Assembly: GCA_046599085.1 (NCBI GenBank)
Contig: JBKJHI010000071.1
Coordinates: 1-61,291 of the forward strand
Source: Candidatus Limnocylindrales bacterium
Lineage (GTDB): Bacteria; Chloroflexota; Limnocylindria; Limnocylindrales; CSP1-4
Direction of reading: 5' to 3'
DNA length: 61,291 bases
Part shown: one piece after another, positions 53,769 to 61,291 of the stretch
Layout of the letters: every line of letters starts with the position of its first letter
Position numbering within the stretch: the stretch's first letter is position 1
Notes under the pieces: generated by a model
Database searches by the model: none
The model's input: only the letters and a program-made list of their open reading frames with translations
Told to the model about the DNA's origin: nothing
Position numbers and translations under genes: made by a program

Positions 53769-55169
53769 ATGCGCACGCTCATCACCAACGGCACGATCGT
53801 CACCGCGGAGGGCTCGCAGCAGGCTGATGTCCTGATCGACGGCGAGACCATCGCCGCCATCGGCGCCGATCTGGCCGGCGCCGGCATGACCGCCGACGAG
53901 ACCCTCGACGCGACCGGCAAGTACGTGATCCCGGGCGCTATCGACGTGCACACCCACATGGAGTTGCCGTTCGGCGGCACGTTCGCCAAGGACACCTTCG
54001 AGACGGGCACGCGGGCGGCGGCCTTCGGTGGCACGACGACGATCGTGGACTTCGCAGTCCAGACACGGGGCGCCTCGCTGCGCGACGGTCTGGATGCGTG
54101 GCACGAGAAGGCAGAGGGCAATGCCGTCGCCGACTACGGCTTCCACATGATCATGAGCGACGTCAACGACGGCACGCTCAAGGAGATGGATCGGCTGGTC
54201 GCCGAGGAGGGCGTGCCGGACTTCAAGCTGTTCACCGCCTATCCGGGGGTGTTCTACAGCGATGACGGGGCGATCTTCCGGGCCATGCAGCAGACGGCCA
54301 GCAACGGCGGCCTGATCATGATGCACGCCGAGAATGGGATGGCCATCGACGGCGTGGCGGAGCAGACCGTCGCCGCCGGCACGACCGATCCGATCGGCCA
54401 CGGCCTGGCCCGCAAGGCGATCTTCGAGGGCGAGGCGACGAACCGGGTCATCCGCCTTGCCGAGGCCGCGGGCGTGCCCGTCTACATCGTCCACCTGTCC
54501 GCGAAGGAGGCCCTGGCCGAGCTCCGCGCCGCCCGCGACCGCGGCACCATGGCCTTCGCCGAGACCTGCCCGCAGTACCTCTTCCTGTCACTCGACGACC
54601 TGGGCAACGGGTTCGAGGGCGCCAAGTACATCTGCTCACCGCCCCTCCGCACGAAGGATCACTGGGACGATCTGTGGAACGGCCTCGTCAAGGACGACAT
54701 CCAGGTCGTCAGCACGGACCACTGTCCGTTCGACTTCGAGGGGCAGAAGGAGCTCGGCCGCGATGACTTCCGGAAAGTCCCCAACGGGCTGCCCGGCGTG
54801 GAGGATCGCGTGGACCTGATGCACGACGGAGGGGTCGTCGCCGGGCGGATCACGAAGGAACGCTGGGTGGAGATCATCTCGACCGCGCCGGCGCGGTTGT
54901 TCGGGATGTTCCCGCGCAAGGGTTCGGTCAGCATCGGCGCCGATGCCGACCTCGTGATCTACGACCCGAACCGGACGCGGACCATCTCGGCGCACACCCA
55001 CCACATGGATGTCGACTACTCGTGCTACGAGGGGCGCCAGGTCCAGGGCGCGAGCGACGTCGTCCTGTCGCGCGGCAGCGTCATCGTGCGCGACGGCCAG
55101 TTCACCGGCCGCAAGGGCCACGGCCGGTTCCTCAAGCGCGCGCCAGCCGACTACGCGCGGCTGGCGTGA
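53769..55169 (+). CDS. dihydropyrimidinase / D-hydantoinase
   Basis: 466 aa. Cyclic amidohydrolase motifs GAIDVHTHMELPFGG, the carbamylated-Lys region DFKLFTAY, VHLS and STDHCPF. Confidence 0.9.
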   Translation: MRTLITNGTIVTAEGSQQADVLIDGETIAAIGADLAGAGMTADETLDATGKYVIPGAIDVHTHMELPFGGTFAKDTFETGTRAAAFGGTTTIVDFAVQTRGASLRDGLDAWHEKAEGNAVADYGFHMIMSDVNDGTLKEMDRLVAEEGVPDFKLFTAYPGVFYSDDGAIFRAMQQTASNGGLIMMHAENGMAIDGVAEQTVAAGTTDPIGHGLARKAIFEGEATNRVIRLAEAAGVPVYIVHLSAKEALAELRAARDRGTMAFAETCPQYLFLSLDDLGNGFEGAKYICSPPLRTKDHWDDLWNGLVKDDIQVVSTDHCPFDFEGQKELGRDDFRKVPNGLPGVEDRVDLMHDGGVVAGRITKERWVEIISTAPARLFGMFPRKGSVSIGADADLVIYDPNRTRTISAHTHHMDVDYSCYEGRQVQGASDVVLSRGSVIVRDGQFTGRKGHGRFLKRAPADYARLA

Positions 55170-55180
55170 CCGATCGCGCC

Positions 55181-55612
55181 ATGGCGCGCCACCTGCAGGT
55201 TCCCGCCGACATCGACCGGATGGCGGACGTGCGGGCCTTCGTCCGGGACGCGGCGCTCGATGCCGGCGCGCCGCCGACCTGCATCGAGGACCTCATCCAG
55301 GCGATCGATGAAGCCGCCACGAACGTCGTCCTGCATGGGTACCGGGGGGCGCCCGGCGACATCGACGTGACCGTCGACACCGACGGCGAGGACCTTGTCG
55401 TGACAGTCGCCGATTCCGCCCCGACGTTCGATCCCACCACGGTCGCCGCCCCCGATCTGACCGTCCCGCCGGAGCAGCGGACGCCCGGTGGGATGGGCAT
55501 CCACCTCATCCGCACCGGGACCGATGTCGTCAGCCACTCGCCGCGAGCCGGCGGCGGCAATATCCTGCGCATGACACGTCGCATCGACCCGCGACCGAAG
55601 GAGGAACGCTGA
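55181..55612 (+). CDS. anti-sigma-factor-type serine kinase (RsbW/SpoIIAB-like HATPase)
   Basis: 143 aa. N-box EAATNVVLHG and G-box GGMGIHLI. Starts 11 nt after the dihydropyrimidinase stop. Confidence 0.8.
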   Translation: MARHLQVPADIDRMADVRAFVRDAALDAGAPPTCIEDLIQAIDEAATNVVLHGYRGAPGDIDVTVDTDGEDLVVTVADSAPTFDPTTVAAPDLTVPPEQRTPGGMGIHLIRTGTDVVSHSPRAGGGNILRMTRRIDPRPKEER

Positions 55613-56013
55613 TGGCCCTCGACACCACCGTCGAACAGGTCGACGCCCGCGTCCCACTGACCGTGATCGCCCTCGATGGCGAACTGGATGCCTCCAACTT
55701 CGAGGCCTTCATCGAGACGGCGCGCGCCCAGTACGACGCCGGCGCCCGGGCGCTGCTGCTGGACATGACGGACCTGCGCTTCATGGCGAGCTCCGGGCTC
55801 GTCGCGCTCCACTCGATCGTCCGCATCCTGCACGGCGAGGCGCCGCCGGACCCCGAGGCCGGCTGGTCAGCGCTGCACGCGACCTCGGGTGCCCAGAAGG
55901 ACGTCCAGCTCTGCGCCCCGCAACCCTCGGTCGAACGCGTGCTGGCCCGGACCGGGCTCGACCGCCTGTTCGTCGTGCATCCCGATCGGTCGAGCGCGAT
56001 CGCCGCGTTCTGA
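55612..56013 (+). CDS. STAS-domain anti-anti-sigma factor (RsbV/SpoIIAA-like)
   Basis: 133 aa. Phosphorylatable-serine region DLRFMASSGLVAL. ATG overlaps the kinase stop (ATGA). Confidence 0.8.
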   Translation: MALDTTVEQVDARVPLTVIALDGELDASNFEAFIETARAQYDAGARALLLDMTDLRFMASSGLVALHSIVRILHGEAPPDPEAGWSALHATSGAQKDVQLCAPQPSVERVLARTGLDRLFVVHPDRSSAIAAF

Positions 56014-56035
56014 CGGGTGACGTGATCGAGCCCGC

Positions 56036-57139
56036 GTGGATCCCGCACACCCGCTGACCCCGGTCGGTCTTCAGGCGATCGTCGCCCCGTTCGGCCCCCT
56101 CGCGCCGGGCACGGTCGTCGCGATCGAGGACGAGCACGGAACGCTCCTCGCCGCATCGCAGGGCGAACCCGTCACGGGCGACAGCCCCAACGCGGATGAC
56201 GCCGACGTGCATCGGAGCACCCACGAGATCGTCCATGGCGCGGCATTGATCGGACGTGTCGTGATGCGCGGCGCCGCAGGGGATTCAGCGCTGCTGGCCG
56301 CATCGGGCGCCGCTCTGGGCGCGACGCTGTCCAGTCTCGTCGAGCGGATGGCGTTCGAGCGCCACGAGGCGAGTGCCGCCGCGACCCGCCGGATCGATGG
56401 CGAGCTCGCCCACGGTCGTCAGCTCCAGCGCAGCTTCGTGTCGCTCCAGGCGCCGGACGTCCCCGGGTACGACCTGGCGAGCCACTACGAGGCCGCCCGC
56501 GAGGTCGGCGGCGACTTCTTCGACCTGTTCCGGCTTCGCCGGCGTGGTCGTCCTTTGAGCATCGTCATCGCCGACGTGACCGGCAAGGGCATCGCGGCCG
56601 CGCTGCTCATGGCCTTCGCCCGGCCGTTGCTCCACGCCGCCATCGACCACACGACCGGTCCGGGCGAGGCGATCGTCCGCACCAACAAGATCCTCGTCAA
56701 CGAGCGTCGCTCATCGCTGTTCATCACTGCGCTGGTGGCGCGGATGGACCTGCCCACCGGCCATCTGCGCTTCGCCAATGCCGGTCACGAGCCACCGATC
56801 CTCGTTCCGGGCGACGGCAGCCCGGCCAGCCTCGTGCTCGGCTCGGGGGCACTCGTCGGCGCGTTCGAGGACCTTGACCTGCCGGAGTGCGCGGTGGATC
56901 TCCAGCCGGGCGATCTGCTCGTGCTCTACACGGACGGCGTGACGGACGCCCGGTCCCCCGCCGGTGAGCGGTTCGAGGAGGAGCGCCTCTTCGCCGCCAT
57001 CGAGTCGGCGAGGAACGGATCGGCACGGGACGTGGTCGCGTCGATCGCGACCGCCGTCAGCGCGTTCGCCGATGTCACGGAACCCGCGGACGACATCACC
57101 ATCGTCGCCATCCGGCGCCTGCCCACCAGGACACGATGA
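56036..57139 (+). CDS. PP2C/SpoIIE-family phosphatase (RsbU-like) with an uncharacterised N-terminal sensor region
   Basis: 367 aa. GGDFFD, ADVTGKGIAAAL and YTDGVTDA motifs. Confidence 0.8.
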   Translation: MDPAHPLTPVGLQAIVAPFGPLAPGTVVAIEDEHGTLLAASQGEPVTGDSPNADDADVHRSTHEIVHGAALIGRVVMRGAAGDSALLAASGAALGATLSSLVERMAFERHEASAAATRRIDGELAHGRQLQRSFVSLQAPDVPGYDLASHYEAAREVGGDFFDLFRLRRRGRPLSIVIADVTGKGIAAALLMAFARPLLHAAIDHTTGPGEAIVRTNKILVNERRSSLFITALVARMDLPTGHLRFANAGHEPPILVPGDGSPASLVLGSGALVGAFEDLDLPECAVDLQPGDLLVLYTDGVTDARSPAGERFEEERLFAAIESARNGSARDVVASIATAVSAFADVTEPADDITIVAIRRLPTRTR

Positions 57140-58062
57140 TGCCCGGGACCGGCGCGGTCGTCATCCTCGACGGCGGTCTGGCCACGGAGCTCGAGGCGCT
57201 CGGCCACGACCTCACGGATCGACTGTGGTCGGCTCGGATCCTCGTGGATGACCCGGGCGCCATCGAAGCCGTCCACCGCGCGTACTTCGCGGCCGGCGCA
57301 TCGGTGGCCACGACGGCCAGCTACCAGGCCACCGTCCAGGGATTCGCTGCCGCTGGCCTCGACCGCGACGCCGCCCTGGCGGCGATCCGGCGCAGCGTCA
57401 CGCTGGCGCGGTCAGCGAGGGACGCGCACGTGGCCGCCACACCGGGTACGGACGCCGCCGAACTGCGCGTGGCGGGATCCGTCGGGCCGTACGGCGCGAT
57501 GCTCGCCGACGGGTCCGAGTATCGCGGCGACTACGACCCGGGCGAGGCGGCGCTGCGCGAGGTCCATGCGCCGCGGATGGACGTCCTCCTGGAGGCAGGC
57601 GCGGACCTGCTGGCGATCGAGACGATCCCCACCCGTCGCGAGGCGGAGGTCCTCGTCCGGCTCGTGGAGGAGCGAGGTGCCACGGCGTGGCTCTCCTACC
57701 AGTGTCGCGACGACCGCACGACCGCCGCCGGCGAAGCGATCGGATCCGCGGTGTCCGTCGTCGATGGCGCGCCCGGCTTCATCGCCGTGGGCGTGAACTG
57801 CACCGCCCCGAGGCATATCGACTCGCTGCTCGCGGCCGTGCGGACCGCCACGGCGCTCCCGCTCATCGCCTATCCGAACGGCGGCGACACGTGGGACGCC
57901 GTCGGTCACCGCTGGATCGCCGATGACGCGTCGGGTTCGTTCGACGCCAAGGCCGCCGCCGGTTGGGCGTCCCATGGCGCTCGCTGGATCGGCGGGTGTT
58001 GCGGCACCGGCCCGGCGGACATCGCCGCGCTCCGGACCGCGCTCGCCGATACGACGGCATGA
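57136..58062 (+). CDS. mmuM: homocysteine S-methyltransferase
   Basis: 308 aa. ILDGGLATELE, GVNCT and the C-terminal GGCCGT zinc site. ATG overlaps the phosphatase stop. Confidence 0.85.
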   Translation: MMPGTGAVVILDGGLATELEALGHDLTDRLWSARILVDDPGAIEAVHRAYFAAGASVATTASYQATVQGFAAAGLDRDAALAAIRRSVTLARSARDAHVAATPGTDAAELRVAGSVGPYGAMLADGSEYRGDYDPGEAALREVHAPRMDVLLEAGADLLAIETIPTRREAEVLVRLVEERGATAWLSYQCRDDRTTAAGEAIGSAVSVVDGAPGFIAVGVNCTAPRHIDSLLAAVRTATALPLIAYPNGGDTWDAVGHRWIADDASGSFDAKAAAGWASHGARWIGGCCGTGPADIAALRTALADTTA

Positions 58063-58445
58063 GCGTGCAGGGCGTCCGTTTCGTCGGTATGCGCGTGGCG
58101 GATCCGACGGCCTACGCCGCGACGGTGGCGATGTACCGGGATGCGCTCGGCCTGACCGTGACCAGCGACGATGGCGGCCGTTCGACGCGCTTCGTGCTGG
58201 GCGATGGGACCGCGCTCCACGTCTACGGGCCTGAGGATGACGAACACCTCGCGTTCGGAGACCGCGTGTGCATCGGGTACATGGTCGAGGACGTCGAGGG
58301 GACGCTGGCACGCCTCCGTGCGGCCGGAATCGAGCTCCTCGACGACCCTCCGCAGTCGGATGGCACCGATGCGTGGTGCCATATCCGCACACCCGACGGC
58401 GCTGTCCACGAGATCCTCGGCCGGGACCGCACCGCCGCAGGCTGA
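58059..58445 (+). CDS. VOC (glyoxalase/bleomycin-resistance/dioxygenase) family protein
   Basis: 128 aa from ATG 58059, overlapping the mmuM stop (ATGA). A beta-alpha-beta-beta-beta pattern occurs twice. Confidence 0.65.
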   Translation: MSVQGVRFVGMRVADPTAYAATVAMYRDALGLTVTSDDGGRSTRFVLGDGTALHVYGPEDDEHLAFGDRVCIGYMVEDVEGTLARLRAAGIELLDDPPQSDGTDAWCHIRTPDGAVHEILGRDRTAAG

Positions 58446-58482
58446 CGCCGGACCGCGGCCGACGCCGCTACCATCGCCCCCG

Positions 58483-59913
58483 ATGGTCTTCTCCTCGATC
58501 ACGTTCCTGTTCTTCTTCCTGCCCGCCGTCATCGCCGGCTACTACCTGGTCCCGCGACGTGCCCGCAACGCGCTGCTGCTGGCGGCGAGCCTCGTGTTCT
58601 ACGCGTGGGGCGCAGGCTCGATCGTGTTCGTCCTCCTCGTCTCGATCGCGTGCAACGACATCGTCGGCATGGGCGTGGAGCGGTCGATGGACCAGGGCCG
58701 GCGGGGCCGTGCACGATCGATCCTGGCCGTCGCCGTCGTCCTGAACATCGGGCTGCTGGCCTGGTTCAAGTACGCGAACTTCACCGTCGACATCGTGGAC
58801 GGGTTCCTCATCGGTGGCGGCCGCGACGCCCTGCCGTGGACGACGATCGTGCTGCCGATCGGCATCAGCTTCTACACGTTCCACTCGCTGAGCTACCTCG
58901 TCGATGTCTACCGCGGGACCGCTCGCCATCTCCCCTCCCCCATCGACTTCGCGCTGTACATCACGTTCTTCCCGCAGCTCGTGGCGGGCCCGATCGTGCG
59001 ATTCCACGAGATCCGCGATCAGATCCTGGTGCGCACGGAGACCAGCGCCACGTTCGTCGCCGGCATCTATCGCTTCAGCCACGGCCTGGGCAAGAAGGTG
59101 CTCATCGCGGACACCGTGGCACCCGTCGCAGATGCCATCTTCGCCACGCCGCCGGGCGAACTCGGGACCGGTGCGGCGCTGCTCGGCGTCGTCGTCTACG
59201 CCGTCCAGCTGTACTTCGACTTCAGTGGCTACAGCGACATGGCCCTGGGCCTGGCGATGATGTTCGGGATCCACCTGCCGGAGAACTTCGCACGGCCTTA
59301 CGCGTCGCGCTCCGTCACCGAGTTCTGGCGGCGCTGGCACATGTCCCTGTCGCGCTGGTTCCGCGACTACCTGTACATCCCGCTCGGGGGCAATCGTGGC
59401 TCGGCTGTCGCGACGTATCGCAACCTGATCATCGTGTTCCTGATCACCGGCCTGTGGCACGGGGCCGCGTGGACGTTCGTGCTGTGGGGCGCCTTCCACG
59501 GCGCCGTCCTGCTCATCGAACGCATCGCCGGGATCGGCGGCGTCGCCGACGACGATCGCCCGGACCGGTTCGGCCAGGTGAGGACGATCGCCCTCGTCCT
59601 CTTCGCCTGGATCCTGTTCCGATCACCGGACCTGGACTACGCGCTGGGCTACATGGGCGCGCTGCTCCACCCGTCGCTGGCACTCCCCGGGGACGTGGCT
59701 CGCGCGCTCGATCCGCTGGCAGTCATCGCCATCGGCATCGGCTGTGCGAGCGTCCTGCTGCCGCGCGACTGGATCACCGGTCGGCGCCTGGAACACGCTG
59801 CGACGCCGCGACTGCGCTGGATGCGTCTGGCGTCGATCACCGTGGTCTTCCCGGCAGCGATCGTCTTCCTCGTGGCCGGCGACTTCAGCCCGTTCCTGTA
59901 CTTCCAGTTCTGA
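58483..59913 (+). CDS. MBOAT-family membrane O-acyltransferase (AlgI/DltB/PatA-like)
   Basis: 476 aa from MVFSSITFLFFFLP. Includes ISFYTFHSLSYLVDVYRG and the conserved His region EFWRRWHMSLSRWFRDYLYIPLGGNR. Confidence 0.9.
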   Translation: MVFSSITFLFFFLPAVIAGYYLVPRRARNALLLAASLVFYAWGAGSIVFVLLVSIACNDIVGMGVERSMDQGRRGRARSILAVAVVLNIGLLAWFKYANFTVDIVDGFLIGGGRDALPWTTIVLPIGISFYTFHSLSYLVDVYRGTARHLPSPIDFALYITFFPQLVAGPIVRFHEIRDQILVRTETSATFVAGIYRFSHGLGKKVLIADTVAPVADAIFATPPGELGTGAALLGVVVYAVQLYFDFSGYSDMALGLAMMFGIHLPENFARPYASRSVTEFWRRWHMSLSRWFRDYLYIPLGGNRGSAVATYRNLIIVFLITGLWHGAAWTFVLWGAFHGAVLLIERIAGIGGVADDDRPDRFGQVRTIALVLFAWILFRSPDLDYALGYMGALLHPSLALPGDVARALDPLAVIAIGIGCASVLLPRDWITGRRLEHAATPRLRWMRLASITVVFPAAIVFLVAGDFSPFLYFQF

Positions 59914-61064
59914 TGGCCGACGTACCGACGCCGATCCCGAACCGGCCGCGCGAGGAACGCGTGGTCATCGGCGGATTCCTGCTCGCGCTCATCGTGCCGG
60001 CCATCGCCCTGCTCGCCGGGGTGCGGCCACCGGACCTCGAGGGCGGCGCGCCGGCTGCGCTTCCGTCGATCGACCTCGCGACGGCCGGCGATCCGGCCAC
60101 ATACGCGGCGGTCGATCGCTGGGTGGCCGAGTCGTTCCCCTTGCGCGCCGCGGCGGCCGGAGCGTACGGGGCCCTCGATTACGGCCTGCTGGGTGGATCC
60201 CCGAACCCTGACGTCATCGTCGGGCGAAACGGCTGGCTGTTCACCATCACCGAGCTCCGGCCGGTCTGCCGCTTCACGGCAGCCGAGGTCCTGGCCGGGC
60301 TCGACGACGTCAGCACCGCCTTCGCCGCCCGTGGCATGGAGTTCCGCTTCACGGTCCCGCCGGATAAGCACGTCATCCACCCGGAGGAGGTCGTGCCGGA
60401 CAGTGGCCTGGGCACGTCCTGTGCGGATGACCGCGAGGCAGCGCTGCAGGCCGGCATGCTGGCCCGGCCGGACGTCGCGGTCCCGGTCTGGTCGGCGCTC
60501 CGCGCCGTGCGCGTCGCGGATCCGGAACGCCCGATCTACTTCCACCAGGACACCCACTGGACCCCGCTCGGGGCACTCGTGGCAACGCAGGCCTTGATCG
60601 ACGCGCTGGCTCCAGGGTTGTGGAGCCAGGACCAGGTCCCAACCGACGGCTTCGCCGCCTACGAGACCGACCTGTCCCGACTCATCGGGCTACCGGCGAA
60701 GGAACGCGTTCCCAAGCTCGTCATCCGGCCGGGGGTCGACGTGACGGAGGGATCGATCGAACTCGACGCCGCCATCGATAACGCACGCGACATCGCGACC
60801 TTTGCGGTGGGGCCGGACGCCGCCGCGGTCGAGGGCCGGACGCTCATCGTGTACGACAGCTTCTACGGCACGAACATGCGACGAATCGCACCGTGGTTCA
60901 GGGAGAGCGTGTGGGTCCACCAGGGCGACCTGAGCGACCACCCGGCACTCGTCGCCAGCCTGCCGACGTTCGATCGCGTCATCGTCGCCCGCGTCGAACG
61001 AGGGGTCTACGACACGGACCTGCCAGCCCTGCTCGGGCCGATCCTCGAAGCCGCCGGGAATTGA
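59913..61064 (+). CDS. AlgJ/AlgX-like (DHHW/SGNH-like) O-acetyltransferase partner protein
   Basis: 383 aa. N-terminal TM anchor, then an extracytoplasmic domain with FHQDTHWT (the D-x-H-W motif). ATG overlaps the MBOAT stop (TGATG). Confidence 0.7.
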   Translation: MADVPTPIPNRPREERVVIGGFLLALIVPAIALLAGVRPPDLEGGAPAALPSIDLATAGDPATYAAVDRWVAESFPLRAAAAGAYGALDYGLLGGSPNPDVIVGRNGWLFTITELRPVCRFTAAEVLAGLDDVSTAFAARGMEFRFTVPPDKHVIHPEEVVPDSGLGTSCADDREAALQAGMLARPDVAVPVWSALRAVRVADPERPIYFHQDTHWTPLGALVATQALIDALAPGLWSQDQVPTDGFAAYETDLSRLIGLPAKERVPKLVIRPGVDVTEGSIELDAAIDNARDIATFAVGPDAAAVEGRTLIVYDSFYGTNMRRIAPWFRESVWVHQGDLSDHPALVASLPTFDRVIVARVERGVYDTDLPALLGPILEAAGN

Positions 61065-61080
61065 CGGCAAGAATCACCAA

Positions 61081-61158
61081 GGCCGCCGGGTATGCCGGCG
61101 GCCGTGTGGGGAGAAGGAAGGGATCGCCGCGGGCCGCTCGTCCCGACCCGCGGCGGTC
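61081..61158. terminator. two GC-rich hairpins between convergent genes
   Basis: GGCCGCCGG-gtatg-CCGGCGGCC at 61081-61103, and CGCCGCGGG...CCCGCGGCG at 61125-61155. Confidence 0.4.
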
Positions 61159-61160
61159 GA

Positions 61161-61291
61161 TCAGACGACCGTCGTCTCGCGTCGGTCGAAGATGCGCAGG
61201 GCGGCGAGGATCAGCAGCTCGATGAGCGTCCAGCCGATGAGCGCCACGGCGGCGGCGATATCGAAGACGGAGCCCTGGTCCGCGGTGACCT
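61161..61291 (-). CDS. 3' end of a CDS entering from the right edge (hydrophobic C-terminus ...IAAAVALIGWTLIELLILAALRIFDRRETTVV)
   Basis: The minus-strand frame is open from 61291 to the stop at 61161-61163. GC3-rich and TM-like. Too short to classify. Confidence 0.4.
   Translation of the reverse strand, partial: VTADQGSVFDIAAAVALIGWTLIELLILAALRIFDRRETTVV

Noticed and set aside
1-61291. Mobile elements, prophage, defence islands, tRNA or rRNA genes
   Set aside because: I saw no transposase, integrase, recombinase, restriction, toxin-antitoxin or cas-like translations. I saw no terminal inverted repeats and no tRNA-like T-arm (GGTTCGAAT-type) sequences. Composition is uniform except for short AT-rich promoter patches.

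Overview
A very GC-rich 61.3-kb chromosomal segment (third codon positions are almost all G/C). Protein signatures fit an Actinomycetota-like high-GC genome: a SenX3/RegX3-like two-component pair, an IdeR/DtxR-type repressor and many 4-nt start/stop overlaps. I support about 60 protein genes. I saw no rRNA, tRNA, CRISPR array, transposase, integrase or phage genes, so this looks like core chromosome rather than an island.

The dominant theme is phosphate.
- Polyphosphate locus at 9.9-15.5 kb: ppk1, a CYTH-CHAD protein, ppx and an AlgP-like Lys/Ala/Pro-repeat protein.
- pstSCAB-phoU at 16.2-21.7 kb, extended by translationally coupled arsC and sixA.
- An arsR / small ORF / arsM unit with nested palindromic operators.
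- A SenX3/PhoR-like kinase coupled to two phosphoesterase genes.
- PiT plus a DUF47 regulator, and a RegX3/PhoP-like response regulator.

Other content:
- deoC, an S9 peptidase and a DNA-ligase-like protein whose catalytic lysines are all replaced.
- A NatAB-like ABC exporter, two P-type ATPases (type II and CopB-type), proS and gltX.
- A DtxR-family repressor, two non-canonical J-domain proteins and an EamA transporter fused to a cNMP-binding domain.
- upp, and an NMT1/TauABC-type ABC importer with a class-III aminotransferase.
- A beta-ureidopropionase-like hydrolase / LLM oxidoreductase / dihydropyrimidinase cluster.
- An RsbW-RsbV-PP2C partner-switching module with no sigma factor.
- mmuM, a VOC protein and an MBOAT/AlgJ-like O-acetylation pair.

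Best candidates for undescribed biology:
1. The pyrimidine-catabolism cluster has no dihydropyrimidine dehydrogenase. A luciferase-like oxidoreductase sits in that position.
2. The compact polyP locus has an AlgP-like polycationic protein directly upstream of ppx.
3. The catalytically dead ligase-like gene.
4. The cNMP-gated DMT transporter fusion.

All functional calls rest on motif recognition by eye in the supplied translations. No database search was run.
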